A stretch of DNA of 64,000 nt from Tepidiformaceae bacterium. Lineage in GTDB: Bacteria; Chloroflexota; Dehalococcoidia; Tepidiformales; Tepidiformaceae. Positions 18,375 to 27,340 of the stretch are shown here, in pieces. Positions within the stretch are counted from its first letter, which is position 1; each line of letters starts with the position of its first letter. Under the pieces are notes generated by a model. That model was not told the DNA's origin. It searched no databases and was given only the letters and a program-made list of their open reading frames with translations. Where the stretch lies: positions 152,171 to 216,170 of the forward strand of contig CBDCBZ010000001.1 of NCBI GenBank assembly GCA_965214395.1, given 5' to 3'. A program made the translations under genes and the position numbers.

Positions 18375-19949
18375 ATGAACACGATCGAGTTCCTTCAGAT
18401 CTCCGCCGCCGTCGTGCCCGAACGGGAGGCGCTGGTGGAGGTGGGCGGGGCCGGCCGCCGCCTCAACTACGCCGAGATGCAGGAGCAGGTGACCCGCCTG
18501 GCGAACGCCATCCGGGGCCTGGGCGTGGAGCAGGGCCAGAAGGTCGCCGTGATGGCGCAGAACAGCGTGGACTTCGTGCTGACGTACTACGCCTGCGCGA
18601 TGCTGGGCGTAACCCTCGTCCCGCTGAACTACCGCTCGAAGGACGAAGAGCTGACGCACATGCTCAACGTGAGCCAGGCGGAGGTGCTGTTCGTCTCGGA
18701 GCGCTACCTGGAGCTGGTCAATCGCATCCGGCCAGGGCTGACCCACACGAAGACGTTCGTGAGCTACGACGGACCGGCTGAGGGCTACCGCGACTTCGCC
18801 GGCCTGGTGGCGGGGGCAGTGGCGGAGGACATCTGGGTAGAGGTGGACGACGAGCAGCCCACGGTCCTCATCTTCACGAGCGGCACGACGGCGCTACCGA
18901 AGGGCGTGATGATTACGTTCCTCGACATGACCGCCTACGTCACGAACACGATGAACCCGGCCGACCCGGACGTACACGACAAGACGGTGGTCTCGGTGCC
19001 GTTCTTCCACATCGCGGGGGCGACGGCGATGCTCTCCTCAATCTGGGGTGGGCGCACGCTGCTGGTGCTGCCGCAGTTCACGCCGGAGGGCTGGCTGTCG
19101 GCGGTGGGCGACGAGGGTGCGACGCACTCGATGGTCGTGCCGACGATGCTGAAGCGCATCATGGAGCACGAGGCGCTGGAGAAGACGAGCCTCGACACCC
19201 TGCAGCTCATTACCTACGGGGCGGCGCCGATGCCGTACGAGGTGGTGCGCAAGGCATGCGACATCTTCCCGCAGCAGGGCGTAGGCCTGATGAACGCCTA
19301 CGGACAGACGGAATCGACCTCCACGCTGACCTACCTGGGCCCCGACGACCACGACCTGAGCGTCGACATGGACGTGCGGGAGGCGCGCCTGCGCTCGGTG
19401 GGCCGGCCCATGGACGATGTCGAGATCGGCATCATGGACGACCGCAACGTGCTGCTCGAGCCGGGCGACGAGGGCGAGATTTGCGTCCGCTCCGACCGCG
19501 TGATGAAGGGCTACTACGAGCAGGAGGACGCCACCAGCACAGCGATCATCGACGGCTGGCTGCACACCGGCGACGTGGGCCGCGTGGACGAAGGCGGCTA
19601 CCTGTTCATCACCGGGCGGAAGAAGGACCTCATCATCCGCGGCGGCGAGAACATCTCGTCGGGCGAGGTGGAGAACTGCCTCGAGGACCATGAGGGCATC
19701 GACGAAGCCGCCGTCATCGGCGTCCCGGACGTGGACTGGGGCGAGGTGGTGAAGGCGGTGCTTGTACCGAAGCCGGGAGCCACGCTCACGCCGGAGGACG
19801 TGAACGCCTACTGCAAGAGCCGGATCGCGTCATTCAAGGCGCCGCAGTACATCGCGGTGGTGGACGAGCTGCCGCGCAACGCCATGGGCAAGGTGCTCAA
19901 GAACGACCTTCGCAAGCTGTACGGCTCGCCCACGAACGACAACGCATGA
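18375..19949 (+). CDS. AMP-dependent acyl-CoA synthetase/ligase
   Basis: AMP-binding motif IFTSGTTALPKGV, then YGQTE and GWLHTGDVG..DEGGYLFITGRKKDLI. GGAGGGAG RBS before ATG 18375. Confidence 0.9.
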   Translation: MNTIEFLQISAAVVPEREALVEVGGAGRRLNYAEMQEQVTRLANAIRGLGVEQGQKVAVMAQNSVDFVLTYYACAMLGVTLVPLNYRSKDEELTHMLNVSQAEVLFVSERYLELVNRIRPGLTHTKTFVSYDGPAEGYRDFAGLVAGAVAEDIWVEVDDEQPTVLIFTSGTTALPKGVMITFLDMTAYVTNTMNPADPDVHDKTVVSVPFFHIAGATAMLSSIWGGRTLLVLPQFTPEGWLSAVGDEGATHSMVVPTMLKRIMEHEALEKTSLDTLQLITYGAAPMPYEVVRKACDIFPQQGVGLMNAYGQTESTSTLTYLGPDDHDLSVDMDVREARLRSVGRPMDDVEIGIMDDRNVLLEPGDEGEICVRSDRVMKGYYEQEDATSTAIIDGWLHTGDVGRVDEGGYLFITGRKKDLIIRGGENISSGEVENCLEDHEGIDEAAVIGVPDVDWGEVVKAVLVPKPGATLTPEDVNAYCKSRIASFKAPQYIAVVDELPRNAMGKVLKNDLRKLYGSPTNDNA

Positions 19950-22210
19950 GCGCGCAGCCAGCCTCCCCGGAGAAGCCACCAGCCGTGACGGACACGCCTC
20001 AGAAGAAGGGCTCGCGCTTCAATGTGAGCGTCCTGGGCATCGCTGTGCCCGTGGCGGTGATCGCCGCCATCGGCGCGCTGGAGACGGCGCAGACGGAGCG
20101 CGCCAGCCGCGAGGTGTTCTTCAACATCCAGGGCTTCGCCGTGATGTACTTCATCTTCGGCATCGCCGTGGCCGTGATCGTGGGGGCGTTCGTGCAGCGC
20201 CTGCGGGTGTGGCGGCTGGGACGCAGCCACAACGTCTTCAACGACCTGGGGGCGCGGCTCACGAACGCGCTCACGCTGGGAGCGGGCACGGGCCGCGTCA
20301 CGAACGACCGCTACGCGGGCGTGATGCACTGGTGCATCTACTCGAGCTTCGCGGTCCTGACGCTGGTGACGATCCTGCTGGCGATCGACGACTACTTCGA
20401 CCTGATCTTCCAGGTCGGCAGCGAGCACGCCTTCCTCGAAGGAGGCGTCTACCTGGCCTACAGCTTCGTGGGCGACCTGTTCGGGATCATCGGCCTGGTG
20501 GGCATCGGCATGGCGGTGTTCCGCCGCTTCGGCCCGGCGCCGGCGAAGCTGACCTGGGACCGGCGGCAGTCGGAAGACGCGATCGTCGTCGGGCTGCTGG
20601 GGTTCGTGCTGTTCACGGGCTTCCTCGTCGAGGGGCTGCGCATTGGCGGACACGAGATTCCGCTGGGGAACGAGAACTGGTCGTACTGGTCGCCGGGCGG
20701 CTGGGTGATCGCGAAGATCGTGGGCGGGGCGAGCGTGAGCGCGCTGCTGACCGCGCACCAGGTCTTCTGGTGGATCCACGTGGTGGGCGCCTTCAGCCTG
20801 CTGACGCTGATGGCCCTGACGAAGTTCCGGCACATCATCTTCGCGCCCGTTAACGCGTTCCTGAAGCGGCCGGCGGTTCCCTCGTACCTGGCGCCGATGG
20901 GCGACTTCGAGCAACTCATCGAGGAAGGCGCGAGCCTCGGCGCGGGCAAGGTCCAGGACCTCTCCTGGAAGCAGCTCTTCGACGCCGACACGTGCGTGCG
21001 CTGCGGGCGCTGCACGGATGCCTGTCCGGCCTACACGGCGGGCCAGCCGCTCTCGCCCATGGCGATCATCCAGGATCTGAAGTCGTACATGAACCACGCC
21101 GGACCGCTCCTGATCGCGGGGAAGGACCCGGCCGAGAAGGTCGACGGGGAGCTGGTGGGCGACTACGTCAAGGACGAGTCGCTGTGGGCCTGCCGCACGT
21201 GCATGGCGTGCGTGCAGGAGTGCCCCGTGCTGATCGAGCACGTGCCCACGATTGTCGACATGCGTCGCTACCTGGTGATGGAGCAGGCGCGCATCCCGGG
21301 GACGGCGCAGGAGACGCTGCAGAACATCGAGCAGCGCGGCCATCCCTGGCGGGGCACGCAGCTCACTCGCGAGACGTGGATGGAGCAGCTCCGCGAGGAG
21401 GGCATCGATGTGCCCATCTTCGACGGGTCGCAGGAGTACCTGTACTGGGTGGGCTGCTCGGGGGCGCTGGTGGAGCGCAACATGCCCATCACGAAGTCGG
21501 TGGTGCGGCTGCTGATCGAGGCGGGCGTGAGCTTCGGCGTGCTGGGACAGCAGGAGACGTGTACGGGCGACCCCGCCCGGCGGCTCGGCAGCGAGTTCCT
21601 CTACGCGACACTGGCGGAGACGAACGTCGCCTCGATGAACGAGATCGGCGTGCGGCGCGTGATCACGGCCTGCCCGCACTGCTTCAACACCTTCAAGAAC
21701 GAGTACCCGGACTTCGACGGGCAGTGGGAGGTCACGCATCACGCGGAGTTCCTCCAGCTGCTGCTGGCGCAGGGCAAGCTGCAGCCGAAAAAGATGGACG
21801 GGCAGACGATTACCTACCACGACTCGTGCTACCTGGGGCGAGGCAACGGCATCATGGACGCACCTCGCGACGTGCTGGAACAGATTCCGGGCGCCGAGCT
21901 GGTGGAGATGCCGCGCAGCCGCGAGCAGGGCATGTGCTGCGGCGCCGGCGGCGGCAACATGTGGATGGAGGAGTCGGGCACGCGCGTGAACCACCTGCGC
22001 ACGGCGGAGGCGGCGAACACGGGTGCGAGCATCGTGGCGACGGCCTGCCCGTTCTGCATCCAGATGTTCGAGGACGGCATTCCCGCGGTGCAGCCGGACG
22101 AGGATGCACGCTCGATCCAGGCGTTCGACATCGCGGAGCTGCTCGAAGTGAGCGTGGCGCCGCCGCGCCCGGCGGGCGAGGGCGCGATTCCCCCGGGGGT
22201 CACGGGCTAG
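19946..22210 (+). CDS. membrane-anchored (Fe-S)-binding oxidoreductase, HdrD/DsrK/EtfD-like
   Basis: N-terminal ~300 aa with multiple TM helices bearing conserved His. Two 4Fe-4S ferredoxin motifs (CVRCGRCTDACP, CRTCMACVQECP) and two CCG-type Cys-rich repeats (VGCSG..CPHCFNTF; YHDSCYLGR..MCCGAGGG..CPFCIQM) follow. ATGA overlap with the acyl-CoA synthetase stop. Confidence 0.8.
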   Translation: MSAQPASPEKPPAVTDTPQKKGSRFNVSVLGIAVPVAVIAAIGALETAQTERASREVFFNIQGFAVMYFIFGIAVAVIVGAFVQRLRVWRLGRSHNVFNDLGARLTNALTLGAGTGRVTNDRYAGVMHWCIYSSFAVLTLVTILLAIDDYFDLIFQVGSEHAFLEGGVYLAYSFVGDLFGIIGLVGIGMAVFRRFGPAPAKLTWDRRQSEDAIVVGLLGFVLFTGFLVEGLRIGGHEIPLGNENWSYWSPGGWVIAKIVGGASVSALLTAHQVFWWIHVVGAFSLLTLMALTKFRHIIFAPVNAFLKRPAVPSYLAPMGDFEQLIEEGASLGAGKVQDLSWKQLFDADTCVRCGRCTDACPAYTAGQPLSPMAIIQDLKSYMNHAGPLLIAGKDPAEKVDGELVGDYVKDESLWACRTCMACVQECPVLIEHVPTIVDMRRYLVMEQARIPGTAQETLQNIEQRGHPWRGTQLTRETWMEQLREEGIDVPIFDGSQEYLYWVGCSGALVERNMPITKSVVRLLIEAGVSFGVLGQQETCTGDPARRLGSEFLYATLAETNVASMNEIGVRRVITACPHCFNTFKNEYPDFDGQWEVTHHAEFLQLLLAQGKLQPKKMDGQTITYHDSCYLGRGNGIMDAPRDVLEQIPGAELVEMPRSREQGMCCGAGGGNMWMEESGTRVNHLRTAEAANTGASIVATACPFCIQMFEDGIPAVQPDEDARSIQAFDIAELLEVSVAPPRPAGEGAIPPGVTG

Positions 22211-22243
22211 CCTCCTGCACTAAGTAAGCATAGGCTTACGCCC

Positions 22244-23164
22244 ATGAGCAGTTCTGCGTTTCAGGGTATTGTTCACTTGGCTGACGGGGTTGAGGTGGCG
22301 CGGGCTCTGGACAGCGAGTCAGTAGACCTCGTGTATCTCGATCCGCCGTTTAACACCGGCAAGCGGCAGATGCGCGAGACGCTTCGGACAGTGCGAGTGG
22401 AGCAAGATGAGGGCGACAGGACGGGGTTCGGGGGGAGAAGGTACGCGACTGTGAGGCTAGGGCTGCGTTCCTTTGACGACAAGTTCGATGACTACCTTGG
22501 GTTCCTCAAACCCTTTCTCGAAGAAGCAAGACGCCTGCTGAAGCCGAGCGGCTCGCTCTACCTGCACCTCGACTACCGAGAGGCGCACTACGCAAAGGTG
22601 CTACTGGACGAGATCTTCGGACGGAAGTCTTTCATCAACGAGATCATCTGGGCGTACGACTTTGGGGGGCGCCCGAAGAATCGCTGGCCGGCCAAGCACG
22701 ACACAATCCTGTTCTACGCGAAGGACCCGGGGCAAAATGTGTTCAACACGGACGAAGTGGAGCGCATCCCATACATGGCACCGGGGCTAGTAGGGCCAGA
22801 GAAAGCCGCTCGGGGGAAGCTCCCAACCGACACCTGGTGGCACACGATCGTCCCCACAAACGGCAAGGAGAAAATGGGGTACCCGACCCAAAAGCCATTG
22901 GGGATACTGAAGCGGATCATTAGCGCGTCGTCCCCGCCGGGCGGGTTGGTGGTTGACTTAGTTGCCGGCAGCGGCACAACCGGGGCTGCGGCGTTGGCTC
23001 TGGGCCGACGATTTGTCCTAGCAGATCACTCGGAAGAGGCCAACGCCGTCATGAGAAGGAGGTTCGCTGAGCAACACGGCATCGAGTATCGGACAGCCCA
23101 GTGCTCTTCGAGCCGACAGGGATCCCCCTGGGTCGGGTTCACAAAACAAACCTCCTCGCTATGA
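22244..23164 (+). CDS. site-specific DNA methyltransferase (beta-class N6A/N4C)
   Basis: Motif IV VYLDPPFNTG lies N-terminal and motif I VVDLVAGSGTTGAAAL lies C-terminal. 306 aa. Visibly lower GC than the flanks. Confidence 0.85.
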   Translation: MSSSAFQGIVHLADGVEVARALDSESVDLVYLDPPFNTGKRQMRETLRTVRVEQDEGDRTGFGGRRYATVRLGLRSFDDKFDDYLGFLKPFLEEARRLLKPSGSLYLHLDYREAHYAKVLLDEIFGRKSFINEIIWAYDFGGRPKNRWPAKHDTILFYAKDPGQNVFNTDEVERIPYMAPGLVGPEKAARGKLPTDTWWHTIVPTNGKEKMGYPTQKPLGILKRIISASSPPGGLVVDLVAGSGTTGAAALALGRRFVLADHSEEANAVMRRRFAEQHGIEYRTAQCSSSRQGSPWVGFTKQTSSL

Positions 23165-23171
23165 TCGGCCC

Positions 23172-23732
23172 GTGACCAGCCCCGCTTCTCAAAGCCACTT
23201 CTCCGCGCTTCTTGAGATCGCAGCACGCTTGGAGCGAGACTACGAACTCAAACTCCTCCCTTCGATGTGGGAGGCAAGCCCATTCAGTTGGCTCAAGATA
23301 GGCCTCACGTCAACAGCTCGAGGCACTGCCATGCGGACCGTCCTTCAGCATTGGCTAGCGGACGAAGGCTTCGCAGTACGAGCTCTCAAAGAGCGCCAAG
23401 CCGACTTCGTCGTCAATGGAAGCCGAGTGAAGGTGAAGTCATCCACCCTGTGGCAAGGGCGGGCATACCGCTTTCAGCAGATTAAGGACCAAAACTACGA
23501 CATCCTCATTTGCTTCGGGCTCTCTCCCGACGAGGCGCACTGCTGGGTGCTGTCGAAGCCGCTCCTGTTGGAGCAGGTGATCGGGCAAGGGCATGGACAG
23601 CACACAGGGGCTGGTGCCACAGAGACGTTCTGGCTGGCTGTAGACCCGCACCACCCGCAGAGCTGGTTGCGGCCACGCAGCGGAGACTTGGACCAGGCCC
23701 ACGCTGTCCTGCGCACCACAACAGCGTGGTAG
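23172..23732 (+). CDS. uncharacterised protein, candidate restriction endonuclease partner of the methyltransferase
   Basis: 186-aa ORF 7 nt after the MTase stop, same strand and same lower GC. The segment ADFVVNGSRVKVKSS..YRFQQIK..YDILICFGLSP..HCWVL resembles small PD-(D/E)xK-type enzymes, but the acidic residue of the ExK triad was not seen. Start (GTG 23172) uncertain. Confidence 0.45.
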   Translation: MTSPASQSHFSALLEIAARLERDYELKLLPSMWEASPFSWLKIGLTSTARGTAMRTVLQHWLADEGFAVRALKERQADFVVNGSRVKVKSSTLWQGRAYRFQQIKDQNYDILICFGLSPDEAHCWVLSKPLLLEQVIGQGHGQHTGAGATETFWLAVDPHHPQSWLRPRSGDLDQAHAVLRTTTAW

Positions 23733-23738
23733 GGGTAG

Positions 23739-23915
23739 GAAGGCCTTGCAGGCGCGGGCCGGACGAGTACGGCGGCGGGGAGCGGGACGGCGGGGGCGGC
23801 GGCGCTGGAGCTGGGGCGGCGGTTCGTGCTGGCTGATCGCTCGGAAGAAGCAATCGCGGTGATGCGGGAGCGCTTCGCGGGGGAGGCGGGGGTGGAGTTT
23901 CGCGGGGACGCTTGA
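23739..23915 (+). pseudogene. 3' relic of a second DNA methyltransferase (motif I to C-terminus only)
   Basis: Translates to ..AAGSGTAGAAALELGRRFVLADRSEEAIAVMRERFAGEAGVEFRGDA*. This aligns with the C-terminus of the intact MTase (VAGSGTTGAAALALGRRFVLADHSEEANAVMRRRFAEQHGIEYR). It has much higher GC, no start, and is preceded by two in-frame TAG codons. Confidence 0.75.
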
Positions 23916-23991
23916 AATGGCATCCCGGTGCGGGTACGGTAGGAGTTGTCCGCGCAACTGTTGCCGTTGAAGCGGACCCCAGGAGTCCCAG

Positions 23992-24249
23992 GTGGTCACC
24001 CGTGACGTGTCAGAGGAACTTCGAGAGCTCGAAGAGGCGATGGCGACCTGGCGGTGGTGGGAAGAGCACTACGAAGAGCTGCTGGCCCAGTATCCGGAGC
24101 AGTTCGTCGCCATCAACAAGGACCGGGAGGTTGTCGCCTCGTTCCACTGCCTCCGCGATCTCAGCGATGCCATGGACGCAAAGGGGTTGGCATTCGGCAA
24201 GGACATCGACGCGGAGTTCATTACAGCCAACCGGCACTGGCGTCTGTGA
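23992..24249 (+). CDS. DUF5678-like small protein
   Basis: 85 aa with AGGAG RBS 6 nt before GTG 23992. The W..EHYEELLAQYPEQFVAINKDREVVAS...L.DL pattern resembles DUF5678. Confidence 0.55.
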   Translation: MVTRDVSEELRELEEAMATWRWWEEHYEELLAQYPEQFVAINKDREVVASFHCLRDLSDAMDAKGLAFGKDIDAEFITANRHWRL

Positions 24250-24671
24250 TCTCCGGCTATTTCAGCGCCCGCTGGGGCTGCCCTTTCGTTTGGACGCGAC
24301 TGGCAATCCCGGGCAGGCCTCCTCAACCCGTGCCCTTTCTGATCGACACCGGTTCTTCCACCAGCATCGTCCATGCCAAGGACGCCAGAACGCGCCTCAA
24401 TCTGGCCACGGACGCAATGCAGCCCACTGCGTGGACTCCTGAGGAGACCGTACGGCGGCGCGGTGTTGCCGGAGTCGCGCTCAGCCGCCTGATCGAAGCG
24501 ACGTTCGAGTTCAAGCACGACGACGGGGATCTCCAGGCCATCGCCGAGACGATCGAACTGGGAGCCGTTGACTCTCAGCAGCTGCCCTCCTTGCTGGGGT
24601 GGGACATTCTCAGCCGTTTCCGCATCGAGCTGGATCGAGGAGCGGGCGCCGTGACGCTCGTGCCCCGCTAG
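24246..24671 (+). CDS. retropepsin-like (clan AA) aspartic protease
   Basis: Catalytic FLIDTGSSTSIV (DTG/S) and a C-terminal LLGWDILSRF motif. 141 aa. GTG 24246 overlaps the upstream TGA (GTGA). It forms the tail of track ORF 24054..24671. Confidence 0.7.
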   Translation: MISGYFSARWGCPFVWTRLAIPGRPPQPVPFLIDTGSSTSIVHAKDARTRLNLATDAMQPTAWTPEETVRRRGVAGVALSRLIEATFEFKHDDGDLQAIAETIELGAVDSQQLPSLLGWDILSRFRIELDRGAGAVTLVPR

Positions 24672-24730
24672 CCACTCTCCCGTACGGCTCCGCTATCATC
24701 GCGCGGCACTCGCGGACCGGAGGTGGTGGC

Positions 24731-25963
24731 ATGGTGCGCCCCGAAATCATCGAACGGCAGAACGAGATCAAGCAGACGCCGATGCTGGAGCGCATCGCGA
24801 GCATGCGGGAGATGCTGCTGCAGGCAGGGGATGAGGCGCAGGAGCTGCGCCACCTGCCCGCCTGGGCGGCCAGGGAGATGGCCGCCCAGGGGTTCTACCG
24901 GTTCGCCCTGCCGGCGGAGCTGGGCGGCGAGGACGTGACCGCCCGCGAGCAGATCGAGAACGTCGAGGCGGTCTCCGCCATCGACGGGTCGATGGGGTGG
25001 TGCACGCACATCAACTCGGAGATCAACGGGCTCATCGTGCGGCGCATGGACCGCGCCCTCTGCGACAAGATCTTCGACGACTGGGACGCGCTCGTCTGTT
25101 CGGGACACGGGCCGCCGAACGGACCCAACCCGGGCACGACGGCGCGCCAGGAAGGCGAGGGCTGGCGACTGCACTACCAGGGGTCGTTCGCGAGCGGCTG
25201 CCACAACGCCACCTGGAACTTCCTGATGTCGCCGATCGTGACCGACGAAACCACCGGTGAGGGGACGACCGCGTCCTTCATGATCCCGCGCGGCGAGTTC
25301 GAGATCGTCGATACCTGGGACACGGCGGGGATGCGCGGAAGCGGCAGCCACGACGTGCGCATGGACGGCACCTACGTTCCCCCGGAGCACCTGCTTCCGG
25401 CGCGACCGCTTGCCCCCAGCGAGCAGTGGGACAACCCCACGTTCCGGAACCCCTGCCACGCCGTCTACAACAAGGCGGCGGTTGCGCTGGGCGTCTGCCG
25501 GGGGGCCATCGACTCGTTCGTCGAGCTGGCGCAGGTGAAGACGCCGTGGGGCCTGGCATCGCCGCTGAAGGACATGCCGCAGGTGCACTATCGCCTGGGC
25601 GAGGCGCAGGCGACGCTGATGGCGGCGCGCACGTGGGTGTTGGAGACGGAGGACGCGCTCGAAGCGCACCTGGGGCCGAAGCCATCGGAGGGCGGGCGTC
25701 TGGAGCCGGAGTGGGACGTGTTCTGGCCCGCCTACCTGGCCTGCGCTCACGCTGCCCAGGCGGCGCGCCACATTGTGGGCATCATCAACAACACAGCGGG
25801 CACGACGGGCAGCCGCATGGAGAGTCCGCTGGAACGGCACCTGCGCGACGCCCAGCAGGCGGCGACGCATGCGCTGATTTCGTGGCGGCACTACGAGGAC
25901 ATCGGCAAGTCGTTCGTGGGCCACGAACCCTCACGCACCTACATGGAGCTGCGACGCGCCTAG
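24731..25963 (+). CDS. acyl-CoA dehydrogenase-fold flavoprotein (ACAD/flavin-dependent oxygenase-like), copy 1
   Basis: 410 aa with ACAD-like three-domain layout (..W.FALPAELGG..; ..TWDTAGMRGSGSHDV..; C-terminal helical domain). GGAGG RBS before ATG 24731. Confidence 0.75.
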   Translation: MVRPEIIERQNEIKQTPMLERIASMREMLLQAGDEAQELRHLPAWAAREMAAQGFYRFALPAELGGEDVTAREQIENVEAVSAIDGSMGWCTHINSEINGLIVRRMDRALCDKIFDDWDALVCSGHGPPNGPNPGTTARQEGEGWRLHYQGSFASGCHNATWNFLMSPIVTDETTGEGTTASFMIPRGEFEIVDTWDTAGMRGSGSHDVRMDGTYVPPEHLLPARPLAPSEQWDNPTFRNPCHAVYNKAAVALGVCRGAIDSFVELAQVKTPWGLASPLKDMPQVHYRLGEAQATLMAARTWVLETEDALEAHLGPKPSEGGRLEPEWDVFWPAYLACAHAAQAARHIVGIINNTAGTTGSRMESPLERHLRDAQQAATHALISWRHYEDIGKSFVGHEPSRTYMELRRA

Positions 25964-26030
25964 CGCCGGCGGCGCGCCGCCCGACGGCTCCGGTATCATC
26001 GCGCGGCATTCACGGACCGGAGGTAGCGGC

Positions 26031-27266
26031 ATGGTGCGCCCCGAAATCATCGAACGGCAGAACGAGATTAAGCAGACGCCGATGCTGGAGCGCATCGAGA
26101 GCATGCGCGAGATGCTGCGGGCGGCGGGAGACGAGGCGCAGGAGTTGCGCCACCTGCCGGCGTGGGCGGCCAAGGAGATGGCGGCGAACGGCCTCTACCG
26201 GTTTGCGCTGCCGGCGGAGCTGGGTGGGGAGGACGTGAGCGCGCGCGAGCAGATCGAGAACGTGGAACTGGTGTCGTCGATCGACGGGTCGGTGGGGTGG
26301 TGCGCGCACATCAACTCGGAGATCAACGGGCTGATAGTGCGGCGCATGGACCGCGCCCTCTGCGACGAGATCTTCGACGACTGGGACGCGCTGGTCTGCT
26401 CGGGGCTGGGTCCGCCGAACGGCCCCAACCCCGGCCGCACCGCCCGCCGCGAGGGCGACGGCTGGCGGCTGAGCTACCAGGGCTCGTTCGCGAGCGGCTG
26501 CCACAACGCGACCTGGAACTTCGTTATGTCGCCAGTGGTGATCGACGAGGCGACCGAGGAGGGGGCGGAGAACTCCTTCATGGTGCCGAAGGGCGAGTTC
26601 GAGGTCGTCGACACGTGGGACACGGCGGGGATGCGCGGGAGCGGCAGCCACGACGTGCGCATGGACGGCACCTACGTGCCGCCCGAGCACCTGCTCCCGG
26701 CACGCCCTCTTGCCCCCAGCGAGCAGTGGGACAACCCGACGTTCCGCAACCCGTGCCACGCCGTCTACAACAAGTCAGCGGTGGCGCTGGGGGTGTGCAA
26801 GGGCGCGATCGAGTCGTTCACCGACCTGGCCATGAACAAGGTGCCCTGGGGTCTGGCGACGGCGCTGAAGGACATGCCGCAGGTTCACTACCGGATCGGC
26901 GAGGCGATGGCGACCTACATGGCGGCGCGCACCTTCGTGCTCGACACGCAGGACGCGATGGAAGCGCACCTGGGGTGGAAGAAGCCTTCGGAAGGCGGGC
27001 GGCTGGAGCCGGAATGGGACGTGTTCTGGCCGGCCTACCTGGCCTGCGCGCACTCGGCGCAGGCGGTGCGGCACGTCGTCGGGATCATCAACAACACGGC
27101 GGGCACGACGGGCAGCCGCATGGAGAGCCCGCTGGAGCGCCACCTGCGCGACGCGCAGCAGTCGGCGACGCACGCGCTGATCTCGTGGCGGCACTACGAG
27201 GACCTCGGCAAGACGTTCGTGGGGCACGACCCCGCGGCGAACTACATGGAGCTGCGCCGGGCCTAA
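26031..27266 (+). CDS. acyl-CoA dehydrogenase-fold flavoprotein, copy 2 (tandem paralogue)
   Basis: 411 aa, collinear with copy 1 and identical at most positions by eye. It has the same conserved leader with TATCAT and GGAGG. Confidence 0.75.
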   Translation: MVRPEIIERQNEIKQTPMLERIESMREMLRAAGDEAQELRHLPAWAAKEMAANGLYRFALPAELGGEDVSAREQIENVELVSSIDGSVGWCAHINSEINGLIVRRMDRALCDEIFDDWDALVCSGLGPPNGPNPGRTARREGDGWRLSYQGSFASGCHNATWNFVMSPVVIDEATEEGAENSFMVPKGEFEVVDTWDTAGMRGSGSHDVRMDGTYVPPEHLLPARPLAPSEQWDNPTFRNPCHAVYNKSAVALGVCKGAIESFTDLAMNKVPWGLATALKDMPQVHYRIGEAMATYMAARTFVLDTQDAMEAHLGWKKPSEGGRLEPEWDVFWPAYLACAHSAQAVRHVVGIINNTAGTTGSRMESPLERHLRDAQQSATHALISWRHYEDLGKTFVGHDPAANYMELRRA

Positions 27267-27340
27267 CAGGCGGCGAGCGTTCCACCGCTGTAGCGACGCT
27301 CCCGTATCATCGCGCGGGTCTCAGGGACAGGAGTGGCGGC

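Noticed and set aside
19808-21994. 728-aa minus-strand ORF
   Set aside because: It is antisense to the Fe-S oxidoreductase gene, which has clear ferredoxin and CCG motifs. Its composition is Arg/His/Ala-rich and unlike a real protein.
22224-22239. Small hairpin GTAAGC-ATAG-GCTTAC between the Fe-S gene and the methyltransferase
   Set aside because: A 6-bp stem without a U-tract is too weak to call a terminator or an island boundary (att) site.
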